In this document: positions 43,967 through 54,600 of the stretch, piece after piece
Position numbering within the stretch: position 1 is the stretch's first letter
Layout: each line of letters opens with the position of its first letter
Virus record (IMG/VR): IMGVR_UViG_3300002835_000066
Span: 1 to 64,000 of that record
Strand: one strand, 5' to 3'
Source of the DNA: a virus
Taxonomy: Duplodnaviria; Heunggongvirae; Uroviricota; Caudoviricetes
DNA: 64,000 nt
Program-made: the position numbers and the translations under genes
Notes under the pieces: model-generated
The model's input: the letters and a program-made list of their open reading frames with translations, nothing else
Databases searched by the model: none
Told to the model about the DNA's origin: nothing

Positions 43967-45165
43967 ACCCCATACCTTCCGCGTAATGCGTTAAAGTTCT
44001 GCATTACTTCTGTTGCTGTTAGGGCTCTGTTATAGATCCTGCTTAAAGGTAATAAACCATTAAAGTTATGCACGCCGTCAGTGAGGCCTAAGCCGTAAGT
44101 TCCTAACACATATGTTGCATCGGGTATTGTTCCGGTTTGTGCTTCAGAATATATTTGCACCCCGTTTAAATAGGCCCTCATGATAGACCCGTCATACGTT
44201 CCCACAATGTGAGACCATGCATTATTAGGAACACTGCCGTTATACGATGCTACTCTACTCACGGATGTTTGATTTGCCCAGTGCAGTGAAAAAGTTACTC
44301 CTCCGTCAGTCGAGTCAATAATGCCCAAATACATACTGTTAGTTGAAGAAATTGATCCTCCTCTAATAGTTCCTGTTACCGTCGGTTTAGTAGGTCTAAT
44401 CCAAGACTCGCAGGTTATCGCAGTTGTTGGTTTGGTTGCAAAAGTAGACACTGTTAGGTAATTATTTGATCCATTGAAGCTAAACGACCCATCTGATGGA
44501 TATGTCAAACTTGTCGCAGTAATAATGTCCTGACCAGTAGGGTCTAATAATGCTTGTGTGTTTGATCTTGTACCTGGGACAAACGGTGTTGCATACGTGC
44601 CAAGCTCAAGTTGAAATCCACAATACTGAATTGTATATCCACCCGTTAGTCCGCCGGAATGTATCGGGAAATAATCTAGCACTGTGCCCGCAGTACACGG
44701 CCCAGTAGTTGAATATCTTACCCACTCAGTAGTATATGTTGGATTCCAATCGCCAGTAACTGCTTGGTCAACTCCATTTGATCTCCACAATTGACTATTA
44801 CTAAGATTAGAGGTAGCTGTCGGGCCGCTGATGATTCTAGCATAATACGAAAAGGTATGAGTGCCTGTTGTCGCTACAGTACCTTGAACTGCCCAATATT
44901 TATAGCCAGTTGTGCCGGTAGTATATTGCATTACTGCGGGAGAACCGATTGGATTTGAAACATTTGTGACGTAAGTATAGGTTTGTGTACCGGTAGCATC
45001 ATAATTATAACCACCGAATACAAAACTAGATCCGTTCCAATTAGCGTACGGGTTTGGTACTAGGTTTGTAGTGGGGGCGCCTTTCCAGGAACGGCCCGTA
45101 TTGCTCATATCATAAACAAGTACTAATCCATTAGTAACTATAGAAGGAGAATGTGCGAGAGCCAT
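43963..45165 (-). CDS. tail-fibre family protein, paralog 4
   Basis: MALAHSPSIVTNGLVLVYD ... ALTATEVMQNFNALRGRYGV. Confidence 0.55.
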   Translation of the reverse strand: MALAHSPSIVTNGLVLVYDMSNTGRSWKGAPTTNLVPNPYANWNGSSFVFGGYNYDATGTQTYTYVTNVSNPIGSPAVMQYTTGTTGYKYWAVQGTVATTGTHTFSYYARIISGPTATSNLSNSQLWRSNGVDQAVTGDWNPTYTTEWVRYSTTGPCTAGTVLDYFPIHSGGLTGGYTIQYCGFQLELGTYATPFVPGTRSNTQALLDPTGQDIITATSLTYPSDGSFSFNGSNNYLTVSTFATKPTTAITCESWIRPTKPTVTGTIRGGSISSTNSMYLGIIDSTDGGVTFSLHWANQTSVSRVASYNGSVPNNAWSHIVGTYDGSIMRAYLNGVQIYSEAQTGTIPDATYVLGTYGLGLTDGVHNFNGLLPLSRIYNRALTATEVMQNFNALRGRYGV

Positions 45166-46403
45166 TATATACCATACCTTCCACGGAGTGCATTAAAGTT
45201 TTGTAGTACTTCTGTATCAGTTAATACTCTACTGTAGATATAATGATTAGATATATTAACCGGAGAACAGTAGCCAGTGTCTACACTAATAGAACCTAGT
45301 GTTATTCCACCAATTGAATTTATAGCAAGATTAGTTCCAGCTTCCGCTCTTAAGATTGTTAGTGCGCCTGCTGTGTAATTAGTCATAGTTCCGTTAAAAA
45401 TTGAAATAGTACAATTTGCTCTTGTCATTGGACCAGCAACCTTTCTCCACGCCACACCAATCCATGTATTCAGTGGATAAGTTTGTCCGGTCGTGAAAGT
45501 ACTTTGACCCCAACTATCTACTGTGATTTCATTAGTGTTATTATAGTTCCAATTGCAAATTCCTTGTGCAGTGCCACCTGCATTTGAGCCGCCAATACCC
45601 CAAAAACCTTTGCTTGAGAAACTACCAGTTCGGTAGTAAAAGCCCATAACTGTTAGATCAGGATTACCTTGCAATACTGTCGGTGTCGGGGTAACGGTAG
45701 AAAAATCATTAACTCCATCAAATACGATACTACCTAAATTAGATGTATTATAAGTTGGTCCGTTAGTTAATGTGCTATTGAAGGCGTTACCGCTTCTATC
45801 AAGTAAATTAGAACGGTTAGTATTTTTCATAGGATTAAAACTAGAAGGAGTTGATGCTTGTTCTACTTGAATACCGTCCCACCAAATGTTTGTGCCGGTG
45901 CCGCCTGTAGGAGTTCCGTCTAATCTAAATTGTATGAAAGCAACGTTTGCATTTGAGAAGGTGAACGAATAACTTACTCTTGTCCAATCAGTAGTTATAG
46001 CGATGCTGCCAGCGCCGTAATCAGGAAATGTAAAGTCGCCGCCGCCTGAGTCCGCCCCAAAAATAAATAGTTCGCCGGTAGTAACAACTGATCCTTTAAC
46101 ATACACACTTACCGTCCAAGTTTGGCCGCTTGCAGCAGTTGATACATTATAAGGTGACGAATTATATGAGGCAATGTGTGGATCGTCTCCAGAGATAGCC
46201 ATCTTCAAGGGAATTCCACCTGCTGGACTAGGTGAGGTAGTAGAGTCTCTTGATAATGTTGCTGCGTAAGCAGAGGTGCCACTCCAACCGAATATATCTA
46301 GCGGAATAGGAAATGTATTAGGGCTATAGCTGCGAGGATTTCCAGCGTCGGCGCAATACACTAACCCATTAGTAACTACAGAAGGAGAGTGACCGAGTGC
46401 CAT
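45165..46403 (-). CDS. tail-fibre family protein, paralog 5
   Basis: MALGHSPSVVTNGLVYCADAGNPRSY ... VLTDTEVLQNFNALRGRYGI. Confidence 0.55.
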   Translation of the reverse strand: MALGHSPSVVTNGLVYCADAGNPRSYSPNTFPIPLDIFGWSGTSAYAATLSRDSTTSPSPAGGIPLKMAISGDDPHIASYNSSPYNVSTAASGQTWTVSVYVKGSVVTTGELFIFGADSGGGDFTFPDYGAGSIAITTDWTRVSYSFTFSNANVAFIQFRLDGTPTGGTGTNIWWDGIQVEQASTPSSFNPMKNTNRSNLLDRSGNAFNSTLTNGPTYNTSNLGSIVFDGVNDFSTVTPTPTVLQGNPDLTVMGFYYRTGSFSSKGFWGIGGSNAGGTAQGICNWNYNNTNEITVDSWGQSTFTTGQTYPLNTWIGVAWRKVAGPMTRANCTISIFNGTMTNYTAGALTILRAEAGTNLAINSIGGITLGSISVDTGYCSPVNISNHYIYSRVLTDTEVLQNFNALRGRYGI

Positions 46404-47074
46404 TAGATGCCGTACCTCCCTCGTGCTGCGTTGAAGTTTTGTAGCACTTCTGCGGCTGACAATACTCTATTGTACACTCTGCAAATAGATAATGCTCCAT
46501 TATAGTAATATCCGCCTGAGTTATAAGACCCTATGTACATCCCACTTGCATTAGTTGATATTGTTCCGGTTTGTGCATCTGAATTTACTTGGACACCGTT
46601 AATATAAAGTATTCTACTACCAGATGTATAAGTCCCTACAACCTGAAACCAATTAGATGTATTCATAAATGATGCAGTAGTTGTAGAAAGATTTGTGACA
46701 CCCCCAATATTCATTCTCCATTGTATCAAACCGCCTTCTTGAAACAATGCATATTGAGAATTTACAGTTCCTTTTTCGAACCAGAATCCATTTTGTGTAG
46801 TTGCGTTTGTCTTAACCCATACTTCAACTGTAGGAGTTTGTGTGTTAAGTGCAGTGTTGTCACTTGCGCTTGCAAAGTCATTTACGCCATCAAACGTAAA
46901 TGATCCCAAATTGCTACTTGAATATACGGGACCATTAGTTAGAGCAAAATTAAAACCACTACTTGTAGCATCATTCCATTGTGTACCCGACCCCGAATAT
47001 GATCTAGGATTGCCCGCATCTACACATAATACTAGCCCGGTAGTTACTATAGAAGGGGAATGCGCTAGGGCCAT
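46403..47074 (-). CDS. tail-fibre family protein, paralog 6 (short, LamG domain only)
   Basis: MALAHSPSIVTTGLVLCVDAGNPRSY ... FDGVNDF ... VLSAAEVLQNFNAARGRYGI. Confidence 0.55.
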   Translation of the reverse strand: MALAHSPSIVTTGLVLCVDAGNPRSYSGSGTQWNDATSSGFNFALTNGPVYSSSNLGSFTFDGVNDFASASDNTALNTQTPTVEVWVKTNATTQNGFWFEKGTVNSQYALFQEGGLIQWRMNIGGVTNLSTTTASFMNTSNWFQVVGTYTSGSRILYINGVQVNSDAQTGTISTNASGMYIGSYNSGGYYYNGALSICRVYNRVLSAAEVLQNFNAARGRYGI

Positions 47075-47077
47075 ATA

Positions 47078-47347
47078 TTATACCAAAGGAATATCAATAG
47101 TCCAGGCTTCAGTGGACATTAGTTCTAGTGCTTCATCATGCGTCATGTATGGGCCTTTTGATGTCAATGCTGCTACTGAGCTAGGAACACCATTGGCAGA
47201 TATCCACTTGACAATTGTTTTAGTTCCATCTACACTGATACGAAGCGTATCAATTGATGTTTGTTCTATCTGTTCAAAGTCTAACGATGATGCTTCGCTC
47301 AAATCAAGCGTAACATATGTTAGACCGTTTTCTTCTGTTAAACTCAT
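47078..47347 (-). CDS. hypothetical small acidic protein between fibre genes (89 aa)
   Basis: ORF. Confidence 0.35.
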   Translation of the reverse strand: MSLTEENGLTYVTLDLSEASSLDFEQIEQTSIDTLRISVDGTKTIVKWISANGVPSSVAALTSKGPYMTHDEALELMSTEAWTIDIPLV

Positions 47348-47997
47348 ATTCCATATCTCCCTCTGGTAGCATTGAAATTCTGTGTTACTTGGTCAGCCGT
47401 TAGTGCAGTGTTGTACATCATGACATTAGAAATGAGACCTTGCCACGCATAAGCACCTCCCGGTTGCCACCAACCTACACGCAAGCCAACTGACCAATCT
47501 GCTGTTCCGGTAGTTGATTGCTGACCCTGATAAACACCTTGCCGATATATTGATACATTTGAACCGTTATAAGATACGCAATAACATCCCCAAGTTCCGA
47601 GTGGGATACTTGTAGGCTTGCTATAATAGTATTCTCCGGTTGCTCCCCCGTGAGTGTAGAACCAACTATTGTCACCGTACCAATAAAATGAAGCATTGGT
47701 TCTTGCTGCTACTGGCATTCTGTTTTCAGCGTCTCGCTTTGCCCAAAACATAATAGTATAAGTTGCCATAGTTCCTAAATTAGCTGAGAAATCTACATAA
47801 TCGTCTACACCATCAAAAGATAGCGACCCTAAGTTAGCAGAATTGTACGTGGGACCGTTTACGATAGAACCGGTATTATTACTGCCACTCAATTGAAACC
47901 AATTAGTTCCCGAACCAGGATAACTTCTTGGATTAGCTGCATCTACGCAGAATAGTAAACCATTAGTTACAATTGAGGAGTTATACGAAATACTCAT
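47344..47997 (-). CDS. tail-fibre family protein, paralog 7 (short)
   Basis: MSISYNSSIVTNGLLFCVDAANPRSYPGSG ... FDGVDDYV ... ALTADQVTQNFNATRGRYGI. Confidence 0.55.
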   Translation of the reverse strand: MSISYNSSIVTNGLLFCVDAANPRSYPGSGTNWFQLSGSNNTGSIVNGPTYNSANLGSLSFDGVDDYVDFSANLGTMATYTIMFWAKRDAENRMPVAARTNASFYWYGDNSWFYTHGGATGEYYYSKPTSIPLGTWGCYCVSYNGSNVSIYRQGVYQGQQSTTGTADWSVGLRVGWWQPGGAYAWQGLISNVMMYNTALTADQVTQNFNATRGRYGI

Positions 47998-48641
47998 ATT
48001 CCGTATCTCCCTCGGTAAGCGTTAAAGTTTTGTATAATCTGAGCCTCAGTTAATACTGTGTTGTATATTAGCAAGATTCCTATCTGAGAATTAGAAAATT
48101 CACTGAGTCCCGGAAAATAGCAGCCGATTCCTAAACCGTTAGGGCCTTGGCTCCCTCCGGTGCTTGGGCCGGCAGTAAGCACACCATTTGTATACATGCT
48201 ATATGAATCAGATGCAATATTGCCAGTTGCTGCATAGATTCTCCAATTAGTATCACTGGCCCCGGAGGCAACTCCAGATACCCATCCTTCAGCATAATAG
48301 TTTTCAGTAGTAGTACCCCATTGCCCCATTAGCCAATTGTTGTTTCTGCCGGAAAAGGTTCTTCCGCCTGCTACTGCGTATCTCGCTGCACCAATTATAG
48401 TATAATTAGTTGATGCCATATTAGGTCCAGGAATATCTATGTAGTCGTTTACCCCATCTAGAACAAATACTCCACCGTTAACTGAGCTATAAGTAGGACC
48501 GTTCACTAGTGTGCCGGTGTATCCGTTGCCACTTGCGTCACTAATAGTGGTTCCTGAGCCTGGATAAGTTCTAAGATTACCCGGGTCAAAACAAGCAATT
48601 AAGTTAGAAGTAACTATTCCTGGATTATACGAAATAGCCAT
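47994..48641 (-). CDS. tail-fibre family protein, paralog 8 (short)
   Basis: Start set at MAISYNPGIVTS (cat at 48639-48641), which matches the family N-terminus. Ends VLTEAQIIQNFNAYRGRYGI. Confidence 0.5.
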   Translation of the reverse strand: MAISYNPGIVTSNLIACFDPGNLRTYPGSGTTISDASGNGYTGTLVNGPTYSSVNGGVFVLDGVNDYIDIPGPNMASTNYTIIGAARYAVAGGRTFSGRNNNWLMGQWGTTTENYYAEGWVSGVASGASDTNWRIYAATGNIASDSYSMYTNGVLTAGPSTGGSQGPNGLGIGCYFPGLSEFSNSQIGILLIYNTVLTEAQIIQNFNAYRGRYGI

Positions 48642-48646
48642 AACTA

Positions 48647-51600
48647 TTATCCGTATGTAGCGTTTAGCGTATACCATTGTGTTGCTGAAACTGAGACAAA
48701 CTCTAGTCTTGCGCCTGCTGGTTGTGCATAAGCAGCGTTAGTTGCAGCAGAGTTGATAGCAGCACCAGAAGGAGGATATACATTCAATGCAGTAGCACTT
48801 GTGTTCATAACAAGGATTCTGGCGCCAGCCGGAACAGTTGGAAGAATAACACCAGTACTTGCACTTACCGTACTTACTACGTTGATCGGTCTAGTTAGTG
48901 TAGTAGCAGTACCCTGTGTCGAGCCTGCTGCTGTAATGCCTGTAGTGACACCATATGATACAAAGCCACCTGATGCTGCAAACTGAATGTTGCCGCCAGC
49001 ATCAACACTAATCATTGGGATACCAGAAACATCGTTAACTGTAAAGATGTTGCCGGTCATGCTATCTGTAATACTGAACAACTGTCCTGCGTTACCTGAC
49101 CAAGCTAATGTACCGCCATTGAGCATTGTGCTGTTGATAGTATTTGCAGCATTAGGTGATACGTAAGCAATATTACTTGCAATGTTTAAGTTTGTGAAGA
49201 AGCTGTTTGCGTTTGCACCAATACCGCCTGTGACAATTAGCGCACCAGTAGTTCTGCTTGTCGCCGCAGTGCTGTTTGTGATACTTACTGCGCCACTTGA
49301 AGTCAAACCAGTGAGTGTACCGACAGACGTAATGTTTGGTTGAGCAGCAGTTGTTACAGTACCGGCTGTGGTTGCACTAGTAGCAGCGCCGCTTAATGCA
49401 CCAACAAACGTTGTAGCAGTAATAGAATTGTTTGATAAGTTAGCAGTGAGACCTGTGCTGGTGAGTTCATTAACATTGCCGGTTGCTGCGCTTGCAAAGA
49501 CAATAAAGTTATTACCTGTACCGGCCGCTACACTTATCGTATCAGTAACACCTGATTGAGCAACGTTTAAGTTTGCTACTTGCGTAGTTGAAGTTACTGT
49601 TAATGGAGCAGTACCAGTAGCAATGTTTGAAATTAGTCTAGTACCAGTAATAGTTCCATTTACACCCAATGATGTTAATGTACCAACGCTTGTGATATTT
49701 GGTTGTGCTGCTGTTGTTACAGTACCAGCAGTACCTGCTGAAGTTGCGAATGTCGCATTTGCTACAGTACCAGTGACATTAGCACCGGCAATAGCACTTA
49801 ATCCACTACCATTACCAGTGAATACACCTGTATTAGCAGTAAACGCTGATGCAGTAACAGTACCACTTACACCTAAACTTGTTAGCGTACCAGTTGAAGT
49901 GATGTTTGGTTGTGCTGCTGTTGTTACAGTACCAGCAGTAGTTGCGCTAGTTGCTGCTCCTGATAGGGCGCCGACAAAAGTTGTAGCAGTAATAGAATTG
50001 TTTGATAAGTTAGCAATAAGACCAGTACTTGTTAGTTCTGTTATGTTTCCGGTTGCTGCGTTTGCAAAGATAAGGAAGTTATTTCCTGTTCCAGCAGCTA
50101 CGCTAATGAAGTCAGCAACGTTTGCATAGTTAACATTCAAGTTAGCTACACGAGTTGTTGAAGTTACTGTCAACGGAGCAGTACCTGTTGCAACATTTGA
50201 TGTTAATGTACTTGCAACAACCGCAGTAGTTGCATTTAAATTACCAACGTTAGCATTACCGGTAACTGCTAATGATGTAAGCGTACCCACACTAGTGATG
50301 TTTGGTTGAGCGGCTGTTGTTACTGTACCTGCTGTTGTGGCACTTGTTGCAGCTCCTGATAGAGCGCCGACGAATGTTGTAGCAGTAATAGAATTGTTTG
50401 ATAAGTTAGCAGTAAGGCCTGTGCTTGTTAGTTCTGTTATATTACCTGTTGCCGCATTTGCAAAGATAAGGAAGTTATTACCTGTTCCAGCCGCTACGCT
50501 AATGAAGTCCGCGACATTTGCATAATTAACATTCAAGTTAGCAACGCGGGTAGTACTTGTTACTGTTAATGGAGCAGTACCAGTTGCAACATTTGAAGTC
50601 AGCGTACTTGCTACTACTGCTCCGGCAGTATTTAGGTTACCTGCACTTGCGTTACCTGTTACAGCTAGTGATGTTAATGTACCCACACTCGTAATATTAG
50701 GCTGTGCTGCTGTTGTTACTGTACCAGCTGTACCTGCACTAGTTGCAAAAGTTGCGTTAGCAACTGTACCAGTTACGTTAGCACCAGTAAGAGCGGTTAG
50801 TCCACTACCATTGCCTGTAAATACGCCGGAGTTAGCAGTGAATGCCGGGGCTGTTATAGTGCCGCTTGAGTTTAGTCCGGTTAGTGTACCGACAGCGGTA
50901 ACCTGTGTCTGACTTGCATTTACACTAAACGTTGAACCAGTTAGTGTTAAACCAGTTCCTGCTTGATAGGTTCCCGCACCTGAGAACTGCTCCCAAACTA
51001 TTGGATCCGTGCCGACAGTAGTAACTTCGTCAATTTGCACCCAACCAGTTGAATTATATACTGTACCGGCGGTGATGAAAGTGAAGTCACCACCTGCGAT
51101 TTCAACAGCAGTATCAAAATCAGTAGCACGAGTCAACACTGTTGCACTTGTTCTTACATAGATACCATTATTTGCTTGAGTTGCTTCGTTCTTAACAAGA
51201 ATACGCATTCCGTCTGATAGTGTGACACCATCAATAGTTGTATATGAACCTGTTGTAGTTAGTGTTGCACCTACACCAGCTGTACCGTTATTATATGTAA
51301 CTGTACCACCTGAAATAGTTGCAAGTGTAGTAGTTGTGGCCGCGTTACAAGAAGGGTGAATATTCAAACCTTGAGCAACATCGTCTACATATTGTTTGGT
51401 TGCTGCATCGGTTGATGCAGTTGGAGTAGCAAGATTGATAATTGTATTGCTAGTCATATCCAAATTACCAGCAATGCTGCTTACGCCTGTGCCTGTTACA
51501 CTAAGTATACCAGTTGTAGTTAAGTTACCTGCTGCAACGTTACCTGTCACTGTCGCTGATGTTAGTGTACCAACTGATGTAATGTTTGGTTGTGCTGCTG

Positions 51601-54600
51601 TTGTTAGTGTGCCGGTGAACAAGTTAGCAGTAATAACATTAGCACCAGAGATGTTACCACCTGTGCCTGATCCTGTTATGATATTACCAGCAGAAAGATT
51701 TCCGGATACGTTAGCAGTACCGGTGATGTTTGCTCCAGTACCGGTAACAACAAGCACATTAGCATTACCAACTGCTGAGATATTGACATTGCCGTTTGCA
51801 GCAGGAATATTTACGTTTGAGTTGCCGTTTGCGTGTGGTCCAAGCAAGTTACCGACTGTTGCATTTCCAGTTACAGCAAGAGAAGTTAATGTACCAACTG
51901 AGGTGATATTTGGCTGCGCCGCAGTTGTTACAGTACCAGCTGTGGTTGCGCTCGTAGCAGCACCACTCAATGCACCAACGAATGTAGTTGCTGTGATAGA
52001 GTTATTAGATAAGTTAGCAGTAAGACCGGTGCTTGTTAGTTCTGATATGTTGCCCGTTGCTGCGTTTGCGAATATGAGGAAGTTATTTCCTGTTCCAGCA
52101 GCTACACTGATAAAATCAGCAATGTTTGCACGAGCAACATACAAGTTAGGAACAACTGTGGTAGATGTTACTACAAACGGAGCAGTACCAGCAGCAACAT
52201 TTGAGATTAGTTGCGGAGCAGTCACGTTCGCAGTTGCAAGAACTTGAGCAGTACCTAAGTTACCTACGTTAGCATTACCATTAGCGTTTAACGTTCCAGC
52301 AACGTTGATTCCAGTACTTGTGATAGTAATCTCGGCGGGCGTGCCTGTTGCAGAAAGAGTAATATTACCGTTCGCAGTAATAGAGATATTACTATTGCCG
52401 TTTTGCACTAGCGGTACGTTAGCTGCGGTAGTAAAGATACCTGTTGCTAACCCTAAGTTACCGACGTTAGCATTGCCGGTCACATTCAATGTTCCAGCAA
52501 CGTTTGCGCCAGTTCCCGTTACTACTACAATATTTGCATTACCTACGGCTGAGATATTAACATTACCATTTGCAGCAGGAATGTTGACATTTGAGTTTCC
52601 ATTTGCGTGTGGTCCAAGCAAGTTACCGACTGTTGCATTTCCGGTTACAGCAAGAGAAGTTAATGTACCAACGCTTGTAATATTTGGCTGCGCCGCAGTT
52701 GTAACTGTCCCAGCAGTAGTTGCACTTGTTGCAGCTCCACTTAGAGCACCGACGAACGTAGTGGCCGTGATGCTTGAGTTACCTAAGTTAGCACTAATGC
52801 CAGTATTAATAACAGCACTTGAGTTGCCATTTGCACTACTTGTACTGAATGTTGGGTATACTGTAGTTGCAGTTGAGGTGTTCTGTAATAATGCTGATGC
52901 ATTTGTCGCAGCAGTAGCACTTGCTACTGTACCGGTTACATTAGCACCTGCAATTGCACTTAGGCCACTACCGTTACCAGTGAATACACCTGTATTAGCA
53001 GTGAATGCAGAAGCAGTTACCGTACCACTGACACCTAATGATGTTAATGTACCAACTGATGTAATGTTAGGTTGCGCTGCCGTTGTTACTGTACCGGCTG
53101 TGGTTGCGCTCGTAGCAGCACCACTTAATGCACCAACGAATGTAGTGGCTGTGATAGAGTTATTTGATAAGTTAGCAATGAGTCCAGTACTTGTTAGCTC
53201 TGTTATGTTACCTGTTGCCGCATTTGCGAATATGAGGAAGTTATTGCCTGTGCCAGCAGCTACGCTAATAAAATCAGCAACGTTTGCATAATTAACGTTC
53301 AAGTTAGCAACACGAGTAGTGCTTGTTACTGTTAGTGGAGCAGTACCGGTTGCGACATTGGACGTTAGAGTACTTGCAACTACAGCACCAGCAGTATTCA
53401 AGTTGCCTGCACTTGCGTTACCCGTAACTGCTAATGATGTTAATGTACCAACTGATGTGATATTTGGTTGTGCTGCTGTTGTTAGTGTGCCACCTAAGGT
53501 AGTTGCTACTACACCAGTCGCGCCTAAGTTACCAACATTAGCGTTTCCAGTTGCGTTTAATGTACCTGCTACGTTAACACCAGTTGCAGTTACAACAACA
53601 ACGTTAGCAGTACCTACAGCACTGATATTAACATTTCCATTTGCTGCTGGAATGTTTACGTTTGAGTTGCCGTTAAGAATTGATGAGCCTGCTGCTACCG
53701 TAATACCAGTTAACTGACTACCATTCCCAATGAAGAACGGAGCAGAAACGTTACCGGCAAATGCTACGTTAGTGTTAGCGGAATAAGCAGTCATTGATAT
53801 GCCACTTACTACACCGGTTGCATTTTGAGTGAATAGACGGAAGTTGTTACTTGCATCGACATCCATGTTCCAAGTAGAGTTTGCTTGACCGGTTATGTTA
53901 TTGACGCCTGCATACCCTAATATTATTTGACCACCTTCAGCGCCAGTTGAACCAACTATAAGGTTGTCATTACCGTATATTCGGGTAGTTGCGTTTAAGT
54001 TACCAACGTTAGCATTTGCTGTTACAGCCAATGATGACAGCGTACCCACTGATGTAATGTTAGGTTGAGCCGCAGTTGTTACTGTACCCGCAGTAGTTGC
54101 AGAACCAGCAGAAGTTGCGAATGTCGCATTTGCAACAGTACCGGTGACATTAGCACCTGCAAGTTGTGATAGGCCTGCACCATTGCCTGTAATCAATCCG
54201 CTGTTTAGTGTGATTGTTCCATTACCAAATACTGCATTAGCTGTAGCATTACCGACAGTTAGACCGGTCAACGTACCGACTGATGTGATATTGGGTTGAG
54301 CAGCAGTTGTAACTGTGCCAGCAGTAGTTGCAGCGCCGGTCAACGCCCCAACAAATGTTGTTGATGTTACACTAGTTAGACCAGTTACAGTTGTTGTAGT
54401 AGTGCCAAGTTCAAGAGTTGTATTACCTAGAATTACGTTTGAGTTTGCTAGTCTTACTTGAGCAAGAGTACCACTTGAGACGTTGCTTGCATTTAGTGTA
54501 GTTAAGTTAGCACCACTACCTGCAAACAATGTAGCACTGACAAGAGCAACACCATTAATGTTTGAGCCAGTACCTGACATTGTGATATCGGCGTTTGCTG

